NCBI GenBank assembly: GCA_938008205.1
Contig: CALLLY010000306.1
Coordinates: forward strand, 1 to 52,330
Reading direction: 5' to 3'
DNA from: an uncultured Granulosicoccaceae bacterium
GTDB taxonomy: Bacteria > Pseudomonadota > Gammaproteobacteria > Granulosicoccales > Granulosicoccaceae
Length of the DNA stretch: 52,330 nucleotides
The notes below the pieces were generated by a model. It saw only the letters and a list, made by a program, of their open reading frames with translations, made no database searches and had not been told where the DNA came from. Below are positions 9,465-18,592 of this stretch, in pieces (the first letter of the stretch is position 1; each line of letters begins with the position of its first letter). The translations under genes and the position numbers were made by a program.

Positions 9465-9665
9465 ATGAAAACATCAAACATCACCACCGGTGCAGCCAAC
9501 CAATCACCCGCAATAAAGGCACACGTGAAAGCACAGTCTTCTAAAACAACCACCGGTGCTGCAAATCAGCCACCTTCAGTGCAGCAGCATATCAAAAAAT
9601 CAAACACCACAACCGGTGCAGCTAACCAGTCACCAAGTGTTAAAAAACATCTGCAGCAAAGCTAA
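9465..9665 (+). CDS. 66-aa basic micro-protein with three TTGAANQ(S/P)P-x4-H repeats (candidate precursor peptide)
   Basis: AGGAA lies 7 nt upstream of the ATG. Three repeats: ITTGAANQSPAIKAHVK / TTTGAANQPPSVQQHIK / TTTGAANQSPSVKKHLQ. The core TTGAANQ is encoded acc acc ggt gca gcc aac caa / acc acc ggt gct gca aat cag / aca acc ggt gca gct aac cag, differing only at synonymous third positions. This argues for selection on the peptide. Confidence 0.6.
   Translation: MKTSNITTGAANQSPAIKAHVKAQSSKTTTGAANQPPSVQQHIKKSNTTTGAANQSPSVKKHLQQS
9483..9656 (+). repeat. Three tandem peptide-level repeats (22- and 20-codon period) inside the micro-protein gene
   Basis: The core motif starts at residues 7, 29 and 49. 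See the codon comparison in the CDS entry. Confidence 0.8.
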
Positions 9666-9695
9666 CCAAACCTTTCAAGAAAAGAGAAACCGAGT

Positions 9696-10526
9696 ATGGG
9701 CGTAATTCAGGAAGAATACGAGTTAAGCGCTGCTATGGATCCAGCGGTACACCAGCCGCTGATTAGTTTCTATACAGTCTACCCGAACTCAGTACCTCCT
9801 ATGGCTGCCGATCGATCAGCGCTCGGCAGCATTCCCTCTCAGGCATACCAATACTGCGAAGCCGTAACTACCGCATCGGCCTTTGGCTGGTACGCGTTTC
9901 CAGCCTCATCATTCACACTAAGCTTTGACGGCGTAGATGTATACCTGCTTGAGGATCAACAAAAAAGAAAATTCTCTGCCCTACAACTTGACGGGATGGA
10001 TGAGTGGTGGAATGCACATTGTCCGGAACATCTTAAAGACATGGCACCTCCGTTTATCACTAACCTGGGTATCCCCGGTTATGTGCAGGTATGGTCGGGC
10101 TTGTTAATAGAGACCCGCAGGAACTGGAGCACACTTATCAGGCCCATTGCCAACACTCCAATGAGTAATCAGTATTTTTGTTTTGAAGGAATTGTTGAAA
10201 CCGACTCCTATTCCCCTGCACCCTTGTTTGTTAATCTTAAACTGCAGGTTACCGATACACCGATAGAATTCTCACATCTGGAACCACTTTTTCAGGTACA
10301 GCCGATTCATCGAAGCTGCTACAGTAAAAAAAGCCTTAACGACTTTGTTAGCACCAGAATTTCAAGTAAAGAATATATGACCGACTCTCATTGGCAGCGC
10401 TATGCGAATACAGTCCGACATATCGACCCACGTCAGGATGATCATAAAACCGGGCAATATGCCATCGACACTCGAAAACGCGGCAAAAGAAGCAATGATA
10501 ACAAGCAGGGCTGCCCTTACTTGTAG
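9696..10526 (+). CDS. Uncharacterised 276-aa protein, partner of the repeat micro-protein
   Basis: Starts 30 nt after the micro-protein stop on the same strand. No signal peptide or TM. The motif YQYCEAVTTASAFGWYAFPASSFTLSFDG reminds me of a DUF-type (possibly DUF6065 / cupin-like) family, but I cannot verify that. Basic C-terminal tail (RKRGKRSNDNKQG). Confidence 0.7.
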   Translation: MGVIQEEYELSAAMDPAVHQPLISFYTVYPNSVPPMAADRSALGSIPSQAYQYCEAVTTASAFGWYAFPASSFTLSFDGVDVYLLEDQQKRKFSALQLDGMDEWWNAHCPEHLKDMAPPFITNLGIPGYVQVWSGLLIETRRNWSTLIRPIANTPMSNQYFCFEGIVETDSYSPAPLFVNLKLQVTDTPIEFSHLEPLFQVQPIHRSCYSKKSLNDFVSTRISSKEYMTDSHWQRYANTVRHIDPRQDDHKTGQYAIDTRKRGKRSNDNKQGCPYL

Positions 10527-12193
10527 GGCACACCTGCACGCTCGAGCCTGTCGGCGATTTGTCTGCCGGTTCGATAAGCGGCATTGGGTGAGTGAGAAAG
10601 ATAACTGCTGGTGGTAAACAGAGGATCAGTTTTCATGAGATGCTGTACACTTTTCTGAGCCTGCTCAGTCTTTCCCAGGTCCATCTGTATCGCAACCAGT
10701 GTGCGCAAATTTGACGTATGTTGTGGATTGATTTCGAAAGCTTTATCGGCATGTAGCTCGGCGTTTTCGTAATCATCAATCGAGTAATAGGCTGCCGCAG
10801 CGCAGGTATGAAACATGTTTAATTGCGGATCGAAGGGGGACAAGCTCAGTGCTTTGTTCGCACACTTAATCGCCTCATAGCCCTGCCCTTTGTAAGACAA
10901 CACTGCCGCCTTATAGGCGTATGTCAGTGGTTCGTTGGGGTTGTATTTTTCCGCACGGTTATAAATATCCAGACCTTTTTCAGGGTTCCGATTAAGCTGT
11001 GTTTCAACCAGACCACTCACTGTCAGCGCCAGTGAGTTTCGAGGATCCGCCTGCAGTGCCTGATCGAGATAACGCTGTGCGACCGCTTTCTTTTCCTCGA
11101 CGCCGTTGTTCCACCCACCCTTACGATGCAGCTGCAAAATATACCAGTGGGCGAGCTGTGCATTAACAGTGGTATGTGAAGGATGCGAAAGCAATATTTG
11201 TTTTAACGCAGTTTTCGCACTGTTAAAGCCGGAGTCATATTCACTGTGCATGTTATAGATGCCGGCAACCAGCTTGGTATGCATGTTTAATGAATCAAGT
11301 GGTTCTATTTGAGCGCGTTTGACTTCCTGCGAAATAATTGATTCGCCGGTTCGATAAATTAGTTCATCTGTGAGATCGTCCTGCTCCTGGACCAGCACGT
11401 CGACAACACAGGATAATTCATCCGCCCAGATCACCTCGGAGCTCACACAATCTGCCAACTCGACCATCAGCCTGAGCTTACCGTTGCGACAAAGGTAGCT
11501 GCCCGACATGACATAATCGGTGCCCAGCAGATCTGCAATCTCTTTCAAACTGCAGTTGGCGTTTCGCAGCTGACTGGTACTAAGCCGCGAGATTACATTG
11601 AAGTGCGGAGATCGCGATAGGCCGGTTACCACACTGTTGGCGAGCACTTCCCCGATTACCGCCTCTTCGTCATCGCTCGCTCCATGATACTTAAACGGGA
11701 TGATCGCAATGGTCGGACTGGATTCGTCGGTTGCGCGTATCGGCCAGAGTCGCACACCAATACCGCTGGACTGATTAGCCGCGCTGTAACGAGTGATGTC
11801 AGACGCCTGTCCAGGAGGTCGGGAACACTGTGGCTCCTGCACCTGAAAGTTCGCAGGGCTGAGCGTTTGAAACGTGGCAATGTAGTTGCCGGCCGGTACA
11901 TCAATGCGGATCTGATCGCTTTTACCTGTACCGAGATAATATTTATCGAGCGCCCGGCGGGCATGCCTGGCGATATTGCGAACGTACGGATCACCCGGGT
12001 CAAAGCCGGCACCTTTACCAAACACTTCTACAGCAATGTTGTAAGAGCGAATTGTGTCCTGGCCGGACAATGTTTTAGACACCACATAGGTGAGGAATTT
12101 CTGCAGTCGCCTGGACTTATTAAACTCTGCGGAGGCGAGTAGTCGCTCAAGCTGTGAGTTGACCCTTTCACTCCACGTGATTGTTTCTGACAA
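10517..12193 (-). CDS. Winged-helix + TPR-repeat regulatory protein
   Basis: The N-terminal segment (LLASAEFNKSRRLQKFLTYVVSKTLSG..IRSYNIAVEVFGKGAGFDPGDPYVRNIARHARRALDKYY) is typical of DNA-binding-like N-domains fused to TPR modules. The middle has a TolB-N-like segment (IAIIPFKYHGASDDEEAVIGEVLANSVVTGLSRSPHFNVISR). The C-terminal half holds TPR-like repeats (YNRAEKYNPNEPLTYAYKAAVLSYKGQGYEAIKCANKALSLSP...). TTG start. Confidence 0.7.
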   Translation of the reverse strand: MSETITWSERVNSQLERLLASAEFNKSRRLQKFLTYVVSKTLSGQDTIRSYNIAVEVFGKGAGFDPGDPYVRNIARHARRALDKYYLGTGKSDQIRIDVPAGNYIATFQTLSPANFQVQEPQCSRPPGQASDITRYSAANQSSGIGVRLWPIRATDESSPTIAIIPFKYHGASDDEEAVIGEVLANSVVTGLSRSPHFNVISRLSTSQLRNANCSLKEIADLLGTDYVMSGSYLCRNGKLRLMVELADCVSSEVIWADELSCVVDVLVQEQDDLTDELIYRTGESIISQEVKRAQIEPLDSLNMHTKLVAGIYNMHSEYDSGFNSAKTALKQILLSHPSHTTVNAQLAHWYILQLHRKGGWNNGVEEKKAVAQRYLDQALQADPRNSLALTVSGLVETQLNRNPEKGLDIYNRAEKYNPNEPLTYAYKAAVLSYKGQGYEAIKCANKALSLSPFDPQLNMFHTCAAAAYYSIDDYENAELHADKAFEINPQHTSNLRTLVAIQMDLGKTEQAQKSVQHLMKTDPLFTTSSYLSHSPNAAYRTGRQIADRLERAGVPYK

Positions 12194-12440
12194 TCGGCTC
12201 TCCCACCCAGACTCTGAATACCGGCAGTCCGTTGCGCATTTATTTCCGTTTATGACTGCAGGAATTTAAATCCAGCCTTACAGTCTTTATTTTGTTCGGA
12301 GGGTTTAGCGGCAGCCAACGAATACGGTTTCTGTCAGTTTGCGCTCATCCCTGCCCTAACGCTACCACAGAAACTCACAACAGCAACCGCACCACAGCAC
12401 GTTTTGATACTTCGCAAACACCTGATGTGGCACCAGGAAT

Positions 12441-12517
12441 TGGCACGCCCGGAAGGATTCGAACCTCCGACCACCTGGTTCGAAGCCAGGTACTCTATCC
12501 AGCTGAGCTACGGGCGC
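12441..12517 (-). tRNA. tRNA-Arg (anticodon UCG)
   Basis: The reverse complement is GCGCCCGTAGCTCAGCTGGATAGAGTACCTGGCTTCGAACCAGGTGGTCGGAGGTTCGAATCCTTCCGGGCGTGCCA. It folds as a cloverleaf with anticodon stem CCTGG/CCAGG, loop CTTCGAA, a T-arm GGTTCGAATCC and an encoded CCA. It closely resembles E. coli tRNA-Arg. Confidence 0.9.
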
Positions 12518-12627
12518 TCTATTCGTGGTTGCACTGTATTGTAGATTGTCTGATCCCATAATGACAGATTATCTGTACGACGGTTCGTTAATACTGCAAT
12601 GCATCGCGAATAGTGATTGATCAACCT

Positions 12628-13467
12628 TCAGGTGCGCACAAGCTGCCGTTGGCTCCCCAGTCCGTCGATTTCCAGCGTGACAACATCGCCCTCTTTGAGG
12701 TACTGAGGTGGCTTCATGCCCATTCCAACACCCGGTGGTGTGCCGGTAGAGATAACATCACCGGCCTGCAAACTCATAAACCTCGACACATACGAGACCA
12801 GAAACGGCACCTGGTAAACCATTGTCGACGTAGACCCGTTCTGCCGCGACTCGCCGTTCACTTCGAGTTTCATGGACAGATCCTGCGGGTCGGCAATCTC
12901 GTCCCGGGTTACAAGCCATGGTCCCATGGGACCAAAGGTATCAGCTGACTTGCCTTTAACCCATTGGCCGGAGCGGTGAATTTGGAAATCCCGCTCGGAT
13001 ACATCGTTTACCACGCAATATCCGGCAATATGATCCCAGGCATTTGATTCATCAATATATTTACCATCCTTTCCGATCACGATCGCCAGCTCGACTTCCC
13101 AGTCCAGCGCTGTAGAGTCTCTGGGAATTTCAATGGCATCGTTCGGCCCGCTAATCGCGGACGTGGCTTTAAAAAACACCACGGGCTCCGGCGGCAAATC
13201 GAGACCGGATTCAGCAGCGTGATCAGAGTAGTTCAGACCAATGCAAACCATTTTGCCAACATTGCCGACGCAGGGGCCGATTCGCTCAGCCTGATCGATC
13301 AGGGGAAGTTGCGATAAATCCACAGCCCGGAGGGTTGCCAGTGACGCATCACCGATATTTGCTCCGTCAACATCATCGATGTGGGCAGATAAATCGCGAA
13401 TGTTGCCATCGGCGTCCAATGCTGCCGGTTTCTCTGAGCCTGCCGAACCTACACGTAATAATTTCAT
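12628..13467 (-). CDS. Fumarylacetoacetate hydrolase (FAH) family protein
   Basis: KMVCIGLNYSDHAAE, PVVFFKATSAISGP, LDWEVELAIVIGK, GYCVVNDVSERDFQ, KGKSADTFGPMGPWLVT and GDVISTGTPPGVG are characteristic FAH-fold motifs. Confidence 0.85.
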   Translation of the reverse strand: MKLLRVGSAGSEKPAALDADGNIRDLSAHIDDVDGANIGDASLATLRAVDLSQLPLIDQAERIGPCVGNVGKMVCIGLNYSDHAAESGLDLPPEPVVFFKATSAISGPNDAIEIPRDSTALDWEVELAIVIGKDGKYIDESNAWDHIAGYCVVNDVSERDFQIHRSGQWVKGKSADTFGPMGPWLVTRDEIADPQDLSMKLEVNGESRQNGSTSTMVYQVPFLVSYVSRFMSLQAGDVISTGTPPGVGMGMKPPQYLKEGDVVTLEIDGLGSQRQLVRT

Positions 13468-13588
13468 TGCCTGTTTTCCTTAGAGATCTGAGTAACTGCA
13501 TTCTACGGGGGTTGCCACCTGCCTGACTACTAACCCCACGGCAACACAATTAATTTCAAGGCTGGTTGCACACGGGCTGCAGGAATAA

Positions 13589-14374
<786 letters not shown>

Positions 14375-14433
14375 CTACCTTCCACAGGCTGTGTATCGAG
14401 ATAAACCGAATGCCGTCAACCTCCAGCAATCCA

Positions 14434-16032
14434 ATGACAAACGCTAAAAAATACGACTTTATCATTGTCGGTGCAGGTTCTGCCGGGTGCGTTGTGGCCA
14501 ACAGGTTATCAGAAAACCCGGCACATTCAGTACTGCTGCTTGAAGCTGGTCGAACCGATACCAATCCCTGGCTGCATGTACCGGTTGGTTATTTTAAAAC
14601 TATGCACAATCCCAGGTTCGACTGGTGCTACATGACCGACAAAGATCCGGGTATCGCCGATCGTCAGTTGCAGTGGCCACGCGGCAAAGTGCTGGGCGGC
14701 TCGAGCGCCATCAACGGCCTGCTATATGTGCGCGGACAACATGAAGACTACGACCGCTGGGCAGAGCTTGGTAACCGCGGCTGGGACTACGAAAGTGTTC
14801 TGCCATATTTTAAAAAATCAGAAGATCAGGCACGTGGTGAAAACAAGTTTCACGGCAGCGGCGGACCGCTGAAAGTATCCGACTTAAGATTGCGCAGACC
14901 AATCGCCGATCACTTTATCGCCGGTGCTTCGGAATGTCAGATTCCAATTAACGAAGACTACAACGGCGCAAAGCAGGAGGGCATTGGCTATTTCCAGCAA
15001 ACAGCCCATAACGGTTTTCGCTGGAGCACTGCCAAAGGATTTCTGCGCCCTGCCAAAAAGCGCAGCAACCTTACCGTAATCACCAATGCACACACTTGCC
15101 GGGTTTTATTTGACGGGCGTCGCGCCGTGGGTGTCGAGTACCTGAACAAAGGTCGAACTCAGGCCGCCACGGCCAACAAAGAAGTGGTGTTATCAGCCGG
15201 TGCGATCGGTTCGCCGCAGATATTGCAGTGTTCGGGGGTTGGCGATGGCCAACATCTGCAGTCACTCGATATCCCCGTGGTACACAACGCCCCGCAGGTT
15301 GGCAAAAACCTGCAGGATCATCTGCAAATCAGAGCAGTATACAAAACGCACGAACAAACACTTAACGATGAACTGAACAGTCTATGGAAGCGCATAAAGG
15401 TCGGTATGCAATACGCAGCGTTTAGAACCGGTCCGCTGACACTGGCTGCCAGTCAGGTCACTATCTTTACCAAGTCTTCTCCAGAGGTAGAACGCGCAGA
15501 CATTCAGTTCCACATGCAGCCGCTCAGCGCAGATAAGCCTGGAGAAGGTGTCCATGATTTTTCTGCTTTTACGGCCTCTGTCTGTCAACTACGACCCGAA
15601 AGCCGGGGCGAAATCAACATTAAGTCACCGGACGCGACACAGTATCCGTCTATTCAGCCGAACTATTTATCTACCGAACTCGACTTACGTACTGCCGTTA
15701 ACGGGTTAAAAGTGGCGAGAAAAATCGCTGCCGCACCCTCTTTGGCGCCACATATCATTGACGAGTATGTACCAGGCTATCAATACGAAACCGATGAACA
15801 GCTGGAACAGGCGGTACGACAATTCAGTCAAACCATCTACCACCCGGCCGGGACCTGCAAGATGGGTAACGATTCACAGGCTGTGGTAGATGATCAGCTG
15901 CGTGTTATCGGTGTAGAAAATCTGCGGGTTGTGGACGCTTCCATCATGCCGGAGATTGTATCGGGCAATACCAATGCACCAACGATTATGATTGCGGAAA
16001 AAGCATCAGATATGATTAAGGCGGACCACTAG
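14434..16032 (+). CDS. GMC-family FAD oxidoreductase (choline/alcohol dehydrogenase-like)
   Basis: [21 protein letters not shown] (FAD GxGxxG), [18 protein letters not shown], and C-terminal HPAGTCKMG...[11 protein letters not shown] 14410..16032, with ATG 14434 as the likely start. Confidence 0.85.
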   Translation: MTNAKKYDFIIVGAGSAGCVVANRLSENPAHSVLLLEAGRTDTNPWLHVPVGYFKTMHNPRFDWCYMTDKDPGIADRQLQWPRGKVLGGSSAINGLLYVRGQHEDYDRWAELGNRGWDYESVLPYFKKSEDQARGENKFHGSGGPLKVSDLRLRRPIADHFIAGASECQIPINEDYNGAKQEGIGYFQQTAHNGFRWSTAKGFLRPAKKRSNLTVITNAHTCRVLFDGRRAVGVEYLNKGRTQAATANKEVVLSAGAIGSPQILQCSGVGDGQHLQSLDIPVVHNAPQVGKNLQDHLQIRAVYKTHEQTLNDELNSLWKRIKVGMQYAAFRTGPLTLAASQVTIFTKSSPEVERADIQFHMQPLSADKPGEGVHDFSAFTASVCQLRPESRGEINIKSPDATQYPSIQPNYLSTELDLRTAVNGLKVARKIAAAPSLAPHIIDEYVPGYQYETDEQLEQAVRQFSQTIYHPAGTCKMGNDSQAVVDDQLRVIGVENLRVVDASIMPEIVSGNTNAPTIMIAEKASDMIKADH

Positions 16033-16061
16033 CCAGAACCCAGGTAACAAGAGGCTGATTT

Positions 16062-16541
16062 CTAGATGATCTCCGGGGCCGTTACTTCACGTCCAACCAA
16101 TACGCAGTCATACGCTTCTGTTCGCCCCCCTTCGGTCACCAGATCAAAGGCCATTATGGTATTTGATGAAGTAATATTGCGAATCACAAACGGCGAGATA
16201 AAAGGTGAGGCAACTGAGATCGACTGATCAGCCATCGATCGATTCCAGAACACGTCACGAAAACGAGTCATTGCAGCGGTTCCATTTCGTGAAAAGAAAA
16301 CCTGGTCCTGGGTTACCAGCGTGTCAGCCGTGACGTTGCAAAACCATTGACGATCAGACTCGGTAAACAAAAATTCTGCAACGTCGAATGCGGGCGCGCT
16401 GCACTGTTCGGGATCATCCTGAACAGCATCGCTTTGCAGTAACTCCTGCGCCGGAGCTGACGCCATTGGCGAATCATCATCGCCACTACAGGCCGTGAGT
16501 GTCAGCAGTACCGCAGTAATGATAGAGAATCGGGAGATCAT
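16062..16541 (-). CDS. Hypothetical lipoprotein
   Basis: ORF 16062..16589. The internal ATG (complement 16541) gives MISRFSIITAVLLTLTACSGDDD, a signal peptide with lipobox L-T-A-C. No family recognised. Confidence 0.55.
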   Translation of the reverse strand: MISRFSIITAVLLTLTACSGDDDSPMASAPAQELLQSDAVQDDPEQCSAPAFDVAEFLFTESDRQWFCNVTADTLVTQDQVFFSRNGTAAMTRFRDVFWNRSMADQSISVASPFISPFVIRNITSSNTIMAFDLVTEGGRTEAYDCVLVGREVTAPEII

Positions 16542-16740
16542 GGGCTTACTCGCAGAAAATTTGCTCGCTCTCGAATAAGCGTAGTTCAACTAAACGCAGT
16601 TGCCCGGTTCTAACAGCCTTGGCTCAACAGAAGGGGCATGGGGTACAATAAATTTCTGCTGTAAATAATATCCCTGCGCGATATGCTCATCGCATTGAGA
16701 AGACTGAAAATCGGCCTTCTCCCACTACAGGACGGTACCC

Positions 16741-17019
16741 ATGGTGACATCTTTCATTTTGCTGCGCGCCAAACGAGGCAGCGTAAAATCACTTGCTGAA
16801 AATCTGGCAGAACGACCGGGTATCGCCGAGGTGTACTCAGTAAGCGGTAACTTCGACCTGGTCGCGATAGCAAGGGTGAAAGACAATGACGCACTGGCCG
16901 ACCTGGTAACCGGAGATCTGGCCGCAATCGAAGAAATCACCCACAGCGAAACCATGCTGGCATTCAGGGCTTTCTCAAGACACGATTTGCAATCGATGTT
17001 TTCTATTGGTACCAGTTAG
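16741..17019 (+). CDS. Stand-alone Lrp/AsnC ligand-binding (RAM) domain protein
   Basis: 92 aa. SFILLRAKRGSVKSLAENLAERPGIAEVYSVSGNFDLVAIARVKDNDALADLVTGDLAAIEEITHSETMLAF matches the AsnC-type effector-binding domain. No HTH is present. Confidence 0.75.
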   Translation: MVTSFILLRAKRGSVKSLAENLAERPGIAEVYSVSGNFDLVAIARVKDNDALADLVTGDLAAIEEITHSETMLAFRAFSRHDLQSMFSIGTS

Positions 17020-17241
17020 CGCACCACAGGTTTTACTGACTCCAACTATACTCATACATTGCATCGATGAACCGGGCCGCATTCTGTGGTCGTAGTGCCA
17101 TACAACCATCAGATTCCTGTCAGGCTCGAAAGCCATATTATCTGCACAATTGCGCAGGTTGGGATCTTCTATGATGATTTGATAAATCACATTTTCTGCA
17201 AGTAGCCAGTTCACGGTCACCAGCGACGGCTGAGAAGAATA

Positions 17242-18579
17242 ATGAGACTGCTGATAAAAATTTTACTACCCCTCGTGATTGTCGCCGCGTGCATTGCCGC
17301 TGCACTAACTATCGTCTCGAACCGACCGGAGCCACAAACGCGGCCACAGTTTAAATCCACCACCAGTATCGAGGCCACGCGTGTAAAAACATCGGATTTC
17401 CCTGTCATTCTGCGCACTCAGGGAACCGTAACCGCCGCCCGCCAGGGATCATTAGTGCCACAGGTGGCCGGGGCAATCACCCGCGTATCACCCAATTTCG
17501 TGGTAGGTGGTACATTCCGAGCCGGTGATGTGCTGGTTGAAATTGACCCGCGAGATTTCGAAATTGCGGTCACCTTGGCCGAGGCAACATTCGCACAGGC
17601 CAGAGCAACGTTGAGTGAAGAACAAGCAAGGGCCGACCAGGCGGCAGCAGACTGGAAGCGGCTTGGACGATCAGGCAAGCCCTCCGAGCTTACCGTGCGC
17701 AAACCGCAACTGGCCGCCGCCCGAGCGTCACTGGAAGGTGCCAGAGCGCAGGTGAATCGCGCCAAGCTCGATCTCGATCGCAGCAGAATCACCGCAAGCT
17801 ATGATGGTGTGGTAAGAGACAAGTTTGTTGATCTTGGACAGTATGTCAACAAAGGCACAACAATCGCGGAAATCTACTCTACCGAAGCGGCCGAAATTCG
17901 CTTGCCGTTGAATAGCCAGCAACTGGGGTTTGTGGATCTGAGCGCTTCACAACCCGCCAAAGTCACGTTATCTGCGACAGTCGCCGGTAAAAGGCAGGAA
18001 TGGCAGGCAACCCTCTCCAGAACTGATGGTGCAATCGATCCGGCCAACCGGCAACTCTATGCGATTGCCGAAGTTTCCAATCCGTTTCCGGTAGCCGCGG
18101 ATCAGCCGCCACTTAGAATCGGGCAATTTGTACAGGCAGATGTCAGCGGCAAAACTCTCAAAGATGTTTTTGTCATTCCCCGCTCCGCATTGAGAGAAGA
18201 TCGCGAAGTGTTGATCGTCGATGAACTAAACACCCTGCAAACCCGCCCTGTTAACATTGTGTGGAAAGACGCACAGGTAGCGGTGATAGATCAGGGTCTG
18301 AATCAGGGTGATGTCCTGAATCTGACAGCGCTGGGGTCAGTGACCAACGGCACACGTGTCCGCGCAACCATAGACGGCAAAGCACCACCCACTGAACGAC
18401 CTGCTGGCCGGCCAGGCAATGGCAATGAAGACCAGAGTGCACGCCTTGCCAGGCTTAAACAACGTGTAGAATCGGGAGAAACATTACCACCACCAGTCGT
18501 ACAACGTTTCAAAGCTCGACTAGAAGCCGGTCAGCCGGTGCCAAAGTGGATGCAGGATTACCTGGCCAATAACCCGTAA
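17242..18579 (+). CDS. RND efflux periplasmic adaptor (membrane fusion protein)
   Basis: N-terminal anchor, then barrel-sandwich/hairpin signature (VSPNFVVGGTFRAGDVLVEIDPRDFEIAV...AQARATLSEEQARADQA...AQVNRAKLDLDRSRITASYDGVV). A ~75-aa charged C-terminal extension follows. Confidence 0.85.
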   Translation: MRLLIKILLPLVIVAACIAAALTIVSNRPEPQTRPQFKSTTSIEATRVKTSDFPVILRTQGTVTAARQGSLVPQVAGAITRVSPNFVVGGTFRAGDVLVEIDPRDFEIAVTLAEATFAQARATLSEEQARADQAAADWKRLGRSGKPSELTVRKPQLAAARASLEGARAQVNRAKLDLDRSRITASYDGVVRDKFVDLGQYVNKGTTIAEIYSTEAAEIRLPLNSQQLGFVDLSASQPAKVTLSATVAGKRQEWQATLSRTDGAIDPANRQLYAIAEVSNPFPVAADQPPLRIGQFVQADVSGKTLKDVFVIPRSALREDREVLIVDELNTLQTRPVNIVWKDAQVAVIDQGLNQGDVLNLTALGSVTNGTRVRATIDGKAPPTERPAGRPGNGNEDQSARLARLKQRVESGETLPPPVVQRFKARLEAGQPVPKWMQDYLANNP

Positions 18580-18592
18580 CAGGAGGTAAGCA

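Noticed and set aside
12292-12561. ORFs 12292..12561 (+) and 12362..12559 (-)
   Set aside because: They overlap the tRNA-Arg gene and otherwise cover non-coding flanks, so they are spurious.
16975-17220. 81-aa minus-strand ORF in the gap before the RND adaptor. The CADNMAFEPDRNLMVVWHYDH segment faintly resembles a beta-propeller blade (SGL/PhoX-like), so it could be a gene remnant
   Set aside because: It is too short and the resemblance too weak to support a pseudogene call. It also overlaps the end of the RAM-domain gene.
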